Source: Bacteroidia bacterium (GTDB lineage Bacteria; Bacteroidota; Bacteroidia; B-17B0; Aurantibacillaceae). From it: a DNA stretch of 64,000 nucleotides. The stretch covers positions 25,712-89,711 of the forward strand of contig DATMMV010000078.1 in assembly GCA_035569635.1 (NCBI GenBank), read 5' to 3'. Shown here one piece after another: positions 45,859 through 54,473 of the stretch (positions within the stretch are counted from its first letter, which is position 1; every line of letters starts with the position of its first letter). The notes under the pieces were generated by a model, which did no database searches, was not told the origin of the DNA, and saw only the letters and a program-made list of their open reading frames with translations. The position numbers and the translations under genes are program-made.

Positions 45859-46833
45859 TTGTCTACTGTAGATAAAATAAAAGCGCCCATTGAATCTTAC
45901 ATGAACGAGTTTGAAGTAAAATTCAAACAGTCGATGAAAAGCAATGTACCTTTATTGGAAAAAATTACCAATTACATTGTTAAACGCAAAGGCAAGCAGT
46001 TAAGGCCGATGTTTGTTTTTCTTTCTGCAAAAATGCATGGTGAGATTAACGAGAGTACGTATCGTGCCGCTGCTTTAATTGAACTATTGCATACAGCGAC
46101 TTTGGTGCACGATGATGTGGTTGATGACAGTAACGAGCGTCGCGGATTTTTTTCGGTAAATGCTTTGTGGAAAAATAAAATCGCGGTTCTTATCGGTGAC
46201 TATCTTTTATCTAAGGGGCTTCTGCTTTCTTTGGACAACGACGATTTTCATTTATTAAAATTAGTAAGTAATGCAGTACGCGAAATGAGCGAAGGAGAGC
46301 TTCTGCAAATAGAAAAGGCCCGCAAGCTGGATATCTCTGAAGAAATTTATTTTGATATCATCCGACAAAAAACCGCAAGTTTGGTTGCAGCTTGTTGTGC
46401 AATGGGTGCAGCGTCTGTTGCACAGGATAAAAAAGTGATTGATACTATGTATAAATTCGGTACCTTAACCGGTATTGCCTTCCAGATAAAAGATGATTTG
46501 TTTGATTTTGGAGACGGAAAAGATATAGGCAAACCAACCGGCATCGATATCAAAGAAAAAAAGATGACATTGCCTTTGATTTATGCGTTGAATAATTCAA
46601 CGGGTGCTGAAAAACGCCGGATCATCAATATAGTTAAAAATCACAACGAAAATCCGGAAAAGGTAGCCGAAGTGATTGAATTTGTTTTTGAGAAAAAAGG
46701 GATCGGTTATGCCGAAAAAATAATGCAACAATATAAAAACGATGCACTAAATTTGCTGAAAGATTTTAAAGATGGTGAAGCAAAAACTTCTTTGGAGCTT
46801 TTAGTTAATTATAGTATAGAAAGAAAAAAATAA
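45859..46833 (+). CDS. polyprenyl diphosphate synthase (trans-isoprenyl, long-chain type)
   Basis: 324 aa with the first DDxxD in LHTATLVHDDVVDDS and the second in FQIKDDLFD. The TTG start keeps the conserved N-terminal helix. Confidence 0.9.
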   Translation: MSTVDKIKAPIESYMNEFEVKFKQSMKSNVPLLEKITNYIVKRKGKQLRPMFVFLSAKMHGEINESTYRAAALIELLHTATLVHDDVVDDSNERRGFFSVNALWKNKIAVLIGDYLLSKGLLLSLDNDDFHLLKLVSNAVREMSEGELLQIEKARKLDISEEIYFDIIRQKTASLVAACCAMGAASVAQDKKVIDTMYKFGTLTGIAFQIKDDLFDFGDGKDIGKPTGIDIKEKKMTLPLIYALNNSTGAEKRRIINIVKNHNENPEKVAEVIEFVFEKKGIGYAEKIMQQYKNDALNLLKDFKDGEAKTSLELLVNYSIERKK

Positions 46834-46834
46834 A

Positions 46835-47335
46835 ATGAAACAACTACTTTTTGCAGCATTTACATCTATGGTCCTTCTCGCAAGTTGTCAAAACAGCGGA
46901 AACAAAAAAGAGGTAAAAGCAAGTAACATTGACTCAGATGCGGGTGCGGAACAGAATGAAATAAATAAAATGGTGGACGAAATGGCCCCGCCCGACAGCA
47001 ATTACAGCGGTGAGTTTTTTCTGAAATACGATAACGGCTTAATGAAAGTAAAAGGCTTTTTCCGTTTCGGTAAACGTCACGCGCAATGGTATTATTATTA
47101 TCCTAACGGTTTTGTCTGGAGTGATGGTTTTTTTGAAAACGGGAAAATGAACGGCCCCACAAAAGTGTATCACGAAAACGGCAAGCTGTATTACGAGGGT
47201 GCTTACAAATTCGATAAGGCCATCGGCGTTTGGAATTTTTACGACAGCACCGGTGTGCAAATACACATTCGTACTTATGATAGTTTGGGCAATGTGCTCA
47301 ATGATAAAGACATCACACCTCCTGAAAAAAAATAA
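46835..47335 (+). CDS. MORN-repeat-variant (YwqK-like) lipoprotein
   Basis: 166 aa with a lipobox (LLASCQ) and repeated G.W..YY.NG....G.F.NGK..G units. Confidence 0.65.
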   Translation: MKQLLFAAFTSMVLLASCQNSGNKKEVKASNIDSDAGAEQNEINKMVDEMAPPDSNYSGEFFLKYDNGLMKVKGFFRFGKRHAQWYYYYPNGFVWSDGFFENGKMNGPTKVYHENGKLYYEGAYKFDKAIGVWNFYDSTGVQIHIRTYDSLGNVLNDKDITPPEKK

Positions 47336-47820
47336 TGGCAGCTGAAAAATTACAATATGTTATCTCCCTCGATGTTTTTGAAAAAGGCACCGCGCTTCCT
47401 GCCGAAGATTTAAAACTTTTAAAAGAAGCTGAAAGAATCGCTGAAGAAGCTTACGCGCCTTACTCTCAGTTTAAAGTGGGCGCCGCAGTTTTATTGGATA
47501 ACGGTCAGATAATAACCGGCAATAACCAGGAAAACGCTGCTTATCCATCCGGTATATGTGCCGAAAGAGTAGCGCTTTTTTATGCCGCTGCTCAAAATAA
47601 ATCAGCGGTAATAAAAAGTATTGCAATTAGTTGTCATTCGAACAGCAAAGACCCTGTAACTCCCTGCGGGGCGTGCAGGCAGGTAATTGCCGAATATGAG
47701 CAAAAGCAAGGCAAAAAAATCCGCCTTATAATGGGTTTTCAGGGTGCTAAAACGTATGTGGCACAGAGCATAGAAAACCTGTTGCCGTTCATGTTTGGCG
47801 GCAAGGACCTTAAAAAGTAA
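47335..47820 (+). CDS. cdd: cytidine deaminase
   Basis: 161 aa with the zinc ligand motifs CAERVALF and PCGACRQVIAEY. Confidence 0.9.
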   Translation: MAAEKLQYVISLDVFEKGTALPAEDLKLLKEAERIAEEAYAPYSQFKVGAAVLLDNGQIITGNNQENAAYPSGICAERVALFYAAAQNKSAVIKSIAISCHSNSKDPVTPCGACRQVIAEYEQKQGKKIRLIMGFQGAKTYVAQSIENLLPFMFGGKDLKK

Positions 47821-47904
47821 AAAAGCGCCTTCATCCTTAAAAATCAAGCTTTTATCCTCATTATTTTTATTTTTCTTATCTTCGCAACACAAAACAAATT
47901 TTTT

Positions 47905-48732
47905 ATGGACGCAAACGATAAGAAAGACATTATCCTGATACCCCTTGATTTTACCGAACAATCCATTTACGCCATCTCACAATCGTATAATCTTGCCAGA
48001 TATACCAACTCTAAGTTGCTGCTTTTGCATGTTTATGAAAAGCAAGGTGATGAAAAATACGATGAGATAACCAAGCTTGCCAAAAAAACTGCGGATGAAT
48101 CGGGTGTTTCCTGCGATTTTATGAATATCAAAGGAAGCGTTTATAAAGAAACTGTGCGCGTTGCCGGAGAGGTAAATGCTAAATTGGTTGTGGTTGGTAT
48201 TGAATCTCATATGAAATCTGCTGATATTTTTTCTGAGAGTGCTTCGCAAATGGTGCGTGAGTGCCCTTGCCCTGTTATTACAATTCGTGGCCGCGAACAA
48301 AGAGACGGTTGCGAAAATATTTTAATGCCAATCGACTTATCACGCGAAAGCCGTGAGAAAGTGGATATGGCCATTGAGTTTGCAAAATATTTTGGTGCCG
48401 CTATACGCGTGCTTGGAATTTTTTCTTTAAAAGACGAAAAATATGAAAACCAATTGCACGCTTATGTGCACCAGGTAAAACAATACATTAAAAGTAAAGG
48501 TGTAACCTGCAGCAACAAAACCATGCCAAGCGATAACATTGCTGAAACTGTTGTTGAGTACGCAAATAAAATTGAAACGGATTTGATTATGATTATGAAT
48601 AAACCGGGGCTTACCGTTAAAGAACGTTTTGTAGGAACGCTGGCTCAGAAAGTAATCGATATTTCTAATATCCCTGTGATGACAGTGAACCCGCGTGAGC
48701 GTGAAACACTTTACGCTTCATCGGCTTTATAA
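47905..48732 (+). CDS. universal stress protein, tandem UspA domains
   Basis: 275 aa with two Usp-like halves (ILIPLDFTEQS..., ILMPIDLSRES...) and a C-terminal PVMTV motif. Confidence 0.8.
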   Translation: MDANDKKDIILIPLDFTEQSIYAISQSYNLARYTNSKLLLLHVYEKQGDEKYDEITKLAKKTADESGVSCDFMNIKGSVYKETVRVAGEVNAKLVVVGIESHMKSADIFSESASQMVRECPCPVITIRGREQRDGCENILMPIDLSRESREKVDMAIEFAKYFGAAIRVLGIFSLKDEKYENQLHAYVHQVKQYIKSKGVTCSNKTMPSDNIAETVVEYANKIETDLIMIMNKPGLTVKERFVGTLAQKVIDISNIPVMTVNPRERETLYASSAL

Positions 48733-50850
48733 GGAATCAAAACCTTCTTCTTTCCAAATAAAAGAACGGGTGCTTATATGAAAATAAGCGCCTTTTTCAT
48801 TTCTCTCAATATAAAGCAGATTGGTAAGGCGTGTGGTTTTAATTTCGTCATAAAGCATAGGTAATATTTCTCCGCCTTTTTTATCAACCAATCCTTTTCC
48901 TTCTTCGCTTTCAGTTAAAAAATAATTGTATTCAAATAAGGAAGCGCTGTTTGCCTGTAATGTAAATTGTAATTTCTCTAATGATAAATCGTAGGTGTGT
49001 AAGCCTTTTTTATCTTTCAGGTACCAATATTTTCCGTCAGAAAAAGCGGATAACAAAGATTTTTTTGAAAACGTTGACTTTGCTAAACTATACAAGTTTA
49101 GTTTATTTTTTTCTTTTGCCAGAACGAAATTATTTACGGGCAAACTTACTTCATCAAAAGCATGTTCTGTAAAATACTTTGCGCCGTTTATGTTTTGCAA
49201 TTCTTGTTTTGTAGCACCAATGAGTTTTATGTATTTTCCATCGGCGAGCGTGGCTGTTTTAAAAGAAGGTTGGTAATTGTATCTTATTTCGCTTATAAAA
49301 CAACCGGTGCTGTCGGCAAAACCATATAAATTATTTTTTACCAATAAATAAATCCCGTTATAAGCTTCATCAATTACATCAAAGACGGGTTCAATAATAA
49401 AATCTCCTTTATGGTTTAATACCCCGAATAATTTATTGTATTGCGCGCGGCATTGCCCGTTTTTAAACGACGATACCCAATCGTAAATCGCAGAGATATT
49501 TACAAATCCCTGCTTATCTAAAAAACCGTATTTACCGTTTTTTAAAAACACAGAAAACCCTTCTGAAAAATCGCTCATCATATCAAAAGCAGGTTTAATT
49601 ATTTCCTGCCCGTTCAGATTAATTGCTCCGTACAAATTATTTTTCTTTACAATGGCGAGTCCTTCCGAAAACTCGGCAATATCATCGTATCTGGCACTGA
49701 GTATTTTGTTGCTGTAATCAATCAAAAAATATTTTTTATCTTTTTGCACAATGGCAACATTATTTGCGAAGCCTGATGCTTCGGCGTACTGAAATTCTAT
49801 TTTTGTTTTTCCGGCTTTATTAATGTATCCGTACAAATCATTTTTTTGTACCGCGGCATAACCTTCGTTAAAATCTTCGGCATCGGTAAACATGGGTTCT
49901 ATCATTTGCTTTCCGTTGCTGTCGCAATAACCCAGGTGATCGCTCTTCTTTATCAGGAAAAAAGGCGTGTGCCAAAAAGTAAATTCTTCTTCAATTTCTT
50001 CGCGTTTGGGGTAATCGCTGTATTTGGTTAAAAAAGCTTCAAGTTCGGTTTTACTATGATGCGGGGCTTCAATTCCCAACAACATGTTCCAGGCAAGAGC
50101 AGTAGGATAATTGGCGCCGTACGATTTTATAAAATCATGAATTCCCCCGGCGTTTTTATGTTTTATGTAATAATTAAGCAATTCTTCTTTGGCATAAGGA
50201 ATATATTTTGCTTTGGGATATTTCTCTAAATAAGATAAGTATGCCTTATCATTTTTATCTGCCGTAGTTTCCATATAGATGGCAAACTCCAACAGGTTGC
50301 GCGCATCGTTCAAATAACATGATTGCGGATAAGTATAAATGTAATTTTTAAAAGCTTCCGCATTCAGTTTCCTGTCGGCGCGATGAAAAATAAAACTGTC
50401 GCGCAGGCACATTACTTTTTTTATAAAGGCAGAACTGTAATATACCTGCATATAATTCTCGGCGCTCTCGGGGCCTGTGTGCAAAATAAATTTTTTGTAA
50501 GCCTTAAAACAGATTGAGTCGTGCAGGATAATAAGTGCGCTATCGGTAAGTTTAAAATTTTTTTGCAGCTCCGTTTTTTTTACCGGTTCAAGCAGCGAGA
50601 AATAATTCTTACTGATACAGATATATTTAAACGAACTGTCTAACTGATGAAATGGATTATCGTTCCGGAAATAAATTGTTGCCAAACCAAAGCCTGCCTC
50701 GGCCGGATGTTTTTTTAATTGCCTGTAAAAAATTTCTTTAGCTTTAAAGTAATCGTAGATCGAGAGCGCTTTAAATCCTTTTTCAATTTCTGAAGCCGAA
50801 GCGCCGGAAAAAAGGAGAAACAAAAAAACAGTTAATAAAAGTGACTTCAT
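48727..50850 (-). CDS. WG (KWG) repeat-containing secreted protein
   Basis: 707 aa with a signal peptide and about 7 repeats of the type ...F.EG.A.V..N.KYGFI...G...I...Y. Confidence 0.75.
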   Translation of the reverse strand: MKSLLLTVFLFLLFSGASASEIEKGFKALSIYDYFKAKEIFYRQLKKHPAEAGFGLATIYFRNDNPFHQLDSSFKYICISKNYFSLLEPVKKTELQKNFKLTDSALIILHDSICFKAYKKFILHTGPESAENYMQVYYSSAFIKKVMCLRDSFIFHRADRKLNAEAFKNYIYTYPQSCYLNDARNLLEFAIYMETTADKNDKAYLSYLEKYPKAKYIPYAKEELLNYYIKHKNAGGIHDFIKSYGANYPTALAWNMLLGIEAPHHSKTELEAFLTKYSDYPKREEIEEEFTFWHTPFFLIKKSDHLGYCDSNGKQMIEPMFTDAEDFNEGYAAVQKNDLYGYINKAGKTKIEFQYAEASGFANNVAIVQKDKKYFLIDYSNKILSARYDDIAEFSEGLAIVKKNNLYGAINLNGQEIIKPAFDMMSDFSEGFSVFLKNGKYGFLDKQGFVNISAIYDWVSSFKNGQCRAQYNKLFGVLNHKGDFIIEPVFDVIDEAYNGIYLLVKNNLYGFADSTGCFISEIRYNYQPSFKTATLADGKYIKLIGATKQELQNINGAKYFTEHAFDEVSLPVNNFVLAKEKNKLNLYSLAKSTFSKKSLLSAFSDGKYWYLKDKKGLHTYDLSLEKLQFTLQANSASLFEYNYFLTESEEGKGLVDKKGGEILPMLYDEIKTTRLTNLLYIERNEKGAYFHISTRSFIWKEEGFDSL

Positions 50851-50867
50851 TTATCTCCGCAAAAATA

Positions 50868-50875
50868 TATCTTTG
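50868..50875 (+). promoter_or_regulatory. -7 box TATCTTTG
   Basis: Exact motif 23 nt upstream of the ATG at 50898. Confidence 0.4.
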
Positions 50876-50897
50876 CCCGACTTAAGCTAATTTTTTC

Positions 50898-51095
50898 ATG
50901 TTTACAAAAGGAAGGATAATTTTTACAGTTTTGTTTTTTATCTCTTTCGTCGTATTAATGATTTATGCTTATCGAAAGGATTTAAAGATTAATCGAAGAC
51001 ATTTTCCTAAAACTTATAAAATACTTTTAGTTATAGTATTGATTTTCAGTATTTTATTTTTTATCGTAAAGTTTAAGTCCTTAATAATGAAATAA
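50898..51095 (+). CDS. hypothetical small membrane protein (2 TM)
   Basis: 65 aa with two hydrophobic helices. A TAtcTTTG box at 50868..50875 lies just upstream. There is no other support. Confidence 0.35.
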   Translation: MFTKGRIIFTVLFFISFVVLMIYAYRKDLKINRRHFPKTYKILLVIVLIFSILFFIVKFKSLIMK

Positions 51096-51104
51096 AAAAA
51101 GGCG

Positions 51105-51112
51105 TATCTTTG
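51105..51112 (+). promoter_or_regulatory. -7 box TATCTTTG
   Basis: Exact motif 17 nt upstream of the ATG at 51129. Confidence 0.45.
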
Positions 51113-51128
51113 CAAAAAAAGAAGAGAA

Positions 51129-51917
51129 ATGAACAAATTTTTGTTTTCCATTTTAACCGTTTTCGGGGCACTGAGTATGAGCGCCAACGCGGGGATTTTG
51201 GTGGTAGAAGGAAAATACCAGCAAAAGAACTTATTTATCCAAAATGGTTTTTCAAGTAACGGCGTAGGTTTTTGCGCCTTCCAGGTAAAAGTAAACGGAC
51301 AAATAACTACTGACGAGGTTAACTCAAGCGCTTTCGAAATTGACTTTACTCCGTTTAAATTTAAAGCCGGTGATAAAATTACCGTTGAGATTGAACACAA
51401 AGACGGTTGCATTCCTAAAATATTAAACCCCGAAGCATTAAAACCAAAACCTACGTTTGACGTAGTAAGCATTACCATTAACAACGACGCGATGCTTAGT
51501 TGGACAACCAAAAATGAAGTTGGTTCACTGCCCTTCATCATTGAACAATTTAAGTGGAACAAATGGGTTTACGTTGGAGAAATTAACGGCGACGGCACAC
51601 CACAGGCACACGATTATAAATTTAAAGTGGTTGCGCACAGCGGCGAAAATAAATTCCGAGTAAAACAGGTTGGTTTCGGTTCTTTACCAAGATTTTCTGA
51701 TGTAGTGATATACAATTCTTTAATGGAAAGGCCTGCTTACCAAATTGACAAAGATTTAATAAACTTTAATAACGAAACCAGCTACGAGGTGTACGATTTT
51801 TACGGTAACGTAGTTAAAAAGGGTTATGGCGCAACCTGCGACATAACCACCCTGAAAAAAGGAAAATATTATTTGTGTTACGATAACGCGGTTACTGAAA
51901 TAGAAAAGAAAAAGTAA
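51129..51917 (+). CDS. hypothetical secreted protein with a possible T9SS CTD-like C-terminus
   Basis: 262 aa with a signal peptide (LSMSANA). The C-terminus, YEVYDFYGNVVKKGYGATCDITTLKKGKYYLCYDNAVTEIEKKK, resembles a type-A CTD. A TAtcTTTG box lies at 51105..51112. Confidence 0.55.
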   Translation: MNKFLFSILTVFGALSMSANAGILVVEGKYQQKNLFIQNGFSSNGVGFCAFQVKVNGQITTDEVNSSAFEIDFTPFKFKAGDKITVEIEHKDGCIPKILNPEALKPKPTFDVVSITINNDAMLSWTTKNEVGSLPFIIEQFKWNKWVYVGEINGDGTPQAHDYKFKVVAHSGENKFRVKQVGFGSLPRFSDVVIYNSLMERPAYQIDKDLINFNNETSYEVYDFYGNVVKKGYGATCDITTLKKGKYYLCYDNAVTEIEKKK

Positions 51918-52548
51918 CGCGGTGTTGGTTTAAGAGTTGTTTTACTTCACTTAACAACATAGCAGTAGCGCCCCACAATACAAAACCCTGTACCTGAAAG
52001 TACGGGGTTTTTAATTTTATGTTGCCGGTTGTGGTAACTTCGGTCTCGGATAAAATATTTTCATCTAACAAATCTTTTAACGAGAATTCAATTACCTGCT
52101 CAACTTCATGACTGGGATGGATTTTGGGTTTTTCTTTAACAAAAGCTATAACCGGTTGAATGTAAAAATTACTAACGGGAATATAAAGAGGTGAGATTCT
52201 CCCGATAATATTTTCTTCGGGTATAACAATACCTGTTTCTTCCTGTAATTCGCGCAAGGCGGCTTGTTCGTATGTTTCATTTGCATCGCAACTTCCTCCC
52301 GGTAATGCAATTTGTCCGGCGTGATAGCGATGTGTATCCGGCCGTTTTATAAGGAGAAAATAAATCGTTTTATTTTTTTCGTAAAGCAGTATACACACTG
52401 CACTTTTTTTGTAACCGGTAATTTTTGCGAGGTCGATTCTTTTTTCTTTGTAAAAATCAGATGCCATTATGTGCTGGGCGTTGGGGCCGGGCAAAGGATG
52501 GTTTTGTAAAATGGTTTTAAGGGTTTCTGTGAAATTGATGAAATCCAT
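51892..52548 (-). CDS. NUDIX hydrolase (CoA pyrophosphatase-like)
   Basis: 218 aa with the Nudix box LPGGSCDANETYEQAALRELQEETGI. Confidence 0.85.
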   Translation of the reverse strand: MDFINFTETLKTILQNHPLPGPNAQHIMASDFYKEKRIDLAKITGYKKSAVCILLYEKNKTIYFLLIKRPDTHRYHAGQIALPGGSCDANETYEQAALRELQEETGIVIPEENIIGRISPLYIPVSNFYIQPVIAFVKEKPKIHPSHEVEQVIEFSLKDLLDENILSETEVTTTGNIKLKTPYFQVQGFVLWGATAMLLSEVKQLLNQHRVTFSFLFQ

Positions 52549-53750
52549 TATTGATAAACAAATTCTCCCTCAGCGCTTTTTACGGTTACCTGTTTTCCGT
52601 TAAATGATTCCACTCTTCCAACAATTTTTGCTTCAATGTTAAAGCCATGAGCAATAGAAATAATTTCTTTCGCGGTTTTTTCATTTACGTAAAATTCTAA
52701 ACGGTGCCCCATGTTAAACACTTTGTACATTTCTTTCCAATCGGTATGCGATTGTTCGTGTATCATTTTAAATAAGGGCGGAATATCAAATAAATTATCT
52801 TTTAGCACATGCAAATTATCTATATAATGTAAAACTTTTGTTTGTGCACCGCCGCTGCAATGAACCATTCCGTGAATTTCTTTTTTATGGATTGTACTTA
52901 AAACCTTTTTCACTACGGGTGCATATGTGCGGGTAGGAGAGAGCACCAGTTTGGCGGCATCAATTTCTTTTTTAATCGTTGTTCCGTCGGCGCAATGATG
53001 CTCAATGGTAATCTTATCGGTAGGCTTTAAATTGCCGCAATACACAACTTCTTTCGGTAAATCGGTATTGTATGATTCCGGGTATTTATCGGCAATGTAT
53101 TTTGAAAAAACATCGTGACGTGCGGAAGTCAGGCCGTTGCTTCCCATCCCGCCGTTATATTCGCTTTCGTACGTAGCTTTTCCGAAAGAAGATAATCCGA
53201 CAATAACATCTCCTGCCTGAATATTTGCGTTATCAATTACTTCGGTTTTTTTCATTCGCACAAAAGCAGTAAAACCTACATCGAGCGTACGTACTATATC
53301 TCCAACGTCGGCAGTTTCTCCACCGGCAAGAGTTAAACCAACGCCCAAAGTATTTAATTCTTCAACGTACCGGTTGGTTCCGTTTATTAAATGAGAAATT
53401 ACTTCGCCTGTAATTAAATTTTTGTTCCGTCCAATGGTAGAGGAAACCACAATATGATCAACAGCGCCTACACAGATCAAATCATCAATATTCATAATCA
53501 GCGCGTCCTGCACAATATTTTTCCAAACACTGTTATCTCCGGTTTCTTTCCAATATACGTAAGCAAGGCTGGGTTTTGATCCGGCAGTATCGGCATGCAT
53601 AATGTTGCAATAAGCGGCATCACCGCCTGCTATATCAGGAAGTATTTTGCAAAATGCTTTCGGAAAAAGGCCTTTGTCTAAACCGGCTATGGCTTTGTGC
53701 ACATCTTCTTTTCCGGCCGAAACTCCTCGCTGCGTATATTTTTCGCTCAT
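52548..53750 (-). CDS. purM: phosphoribosylformylglycinamidine cyclo-ligase (AIR synthase), Bacteroidota long form
   Basis: 400 aa. RGVSAGKEDVHKAI, HADTAGSKPSLAY and GGMGSNGLTSARHD match my recollection of the Bacteroides-type PurM. A TAacTTTG box lies at 53763..53770 (minus). Confidence 0.8.
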   Translation of the reverse strand: MSEKYTQRGVSAGKEDVHKAIAGLDKGLFPKAFCKILPDIAGGDAAYCNIMHADTAGSKPSLAYVYWKETGDNSVWKNIVQDALIMNIDDLICVGAVDHIVVSSTIGRNKNLITGEVISHLINGTNRYVEELNTLGVGLTLAGGETADVGDIVRTLDVGFTAFVRMKKTEVIDNANIQAGDVIVGLSSFGKATYESEYNGGMGSNGLTSARHDVFSKYIADKYPESYNTDLPKEVVYCGNLKPTDKITIEHHCADGTTIKKEIDAAKLVLSPTRTYAPVVKKVLSTIHKKEIHGMVHCSGGAQTKVLHYIDNLHVLKDNLFDIPPLFKMIHEQSHTDWKEMYKVFNMGHRLEFYVNEKTAKEIISIAHGFNIEAKIVGRVESFNGKQVTVKSAEGEFVYQ

Positions 53751-53762
53751 TCCCGTTTTTTA

Positions 53763-53770
53763 CAAAGTTA
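53763..53770 (-). promoter_or_regulatory. -7 box TAACTTTG (purM)
   Basis: Exact motif on the minus strand, 13 nt upstream of the ATG at 53750. Confidence 0.45.
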
Positions 53771-53824
53771 CGTGTAAACACTTAGCTTTGAAAGCAATTT
53801 TTTTTGTATTTTGAGGGCTGATTT

Positions 53825-54262
53825 ATGCCAACAGACAAATTAGGATATAAGTACTACGACATTGAATTTCCTGCCATTAAATCGGCAAGTGTGTATTACT
53901 TTAATACGCCTGCCGGCTTACGTTATGAGGTGCGTTTTGGCCGACGCCAGGACAATATTCTGCACGCTACTATTGTATTCGGAGTAATAAATGATGAATT
54001 TGAGGGTGAAGAATACGTTACCACCAATAAGGGCGAGGTTTATGGTGTAATGAACACGATAGCAGAGATTGTGCGCACTTTTATGACCGAGCATGCAAAA
54101 ATAATGATTTACGAGTTTCATTCAGTTGACCGCGATGATGAAGGCGGAAGAAACACCAACGCGCGCATGTATTTATACCGCCGCTTTTTACCCCGCATTT
54201 TTGATAAAAACTGGAACATTGAAATTGAAGGCAATTTTGCCATTGTGAAGAAGAAGATGTAA
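53825..54262 (+). CDS. hypothetical protein
   Basis: 145 aa, with no signal peptide and no recognised motif. Confidence 0.45.
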   Translation: MPTDKLGYKYYDIEFPAIKSASVYYFNTPAGLRYEVRFGRRQDNILHATIVFGVINDEFEGEEYVTTNKGEVYGVMNTIAEIVRTFMTEHAKIMIYEFHSVDRDDEGGRNTNARMYLYRRFLPRIFDKNWNIEIEGNFAIVKKKM

Positions 54263-54473
54263 TCGGGTGTTTTAGCGATGAGTTTTTTATCCAGGCGTGT
54301 CCCCGCCTATTGTAATTTTTTTAAACAGTACCACCTTTTTTCTCGGTTATTTTAAATTTCTCGGCGCCACGACTATAAGTGGCGGTACTTTTTTGGTAAC
54401 TGGCAGGTTTTACTTATTAAGTGGTAGGGGCTTCCTGTTTTTTTTGTTGTAACTTTGGTTTGCAGGTTTTAAT

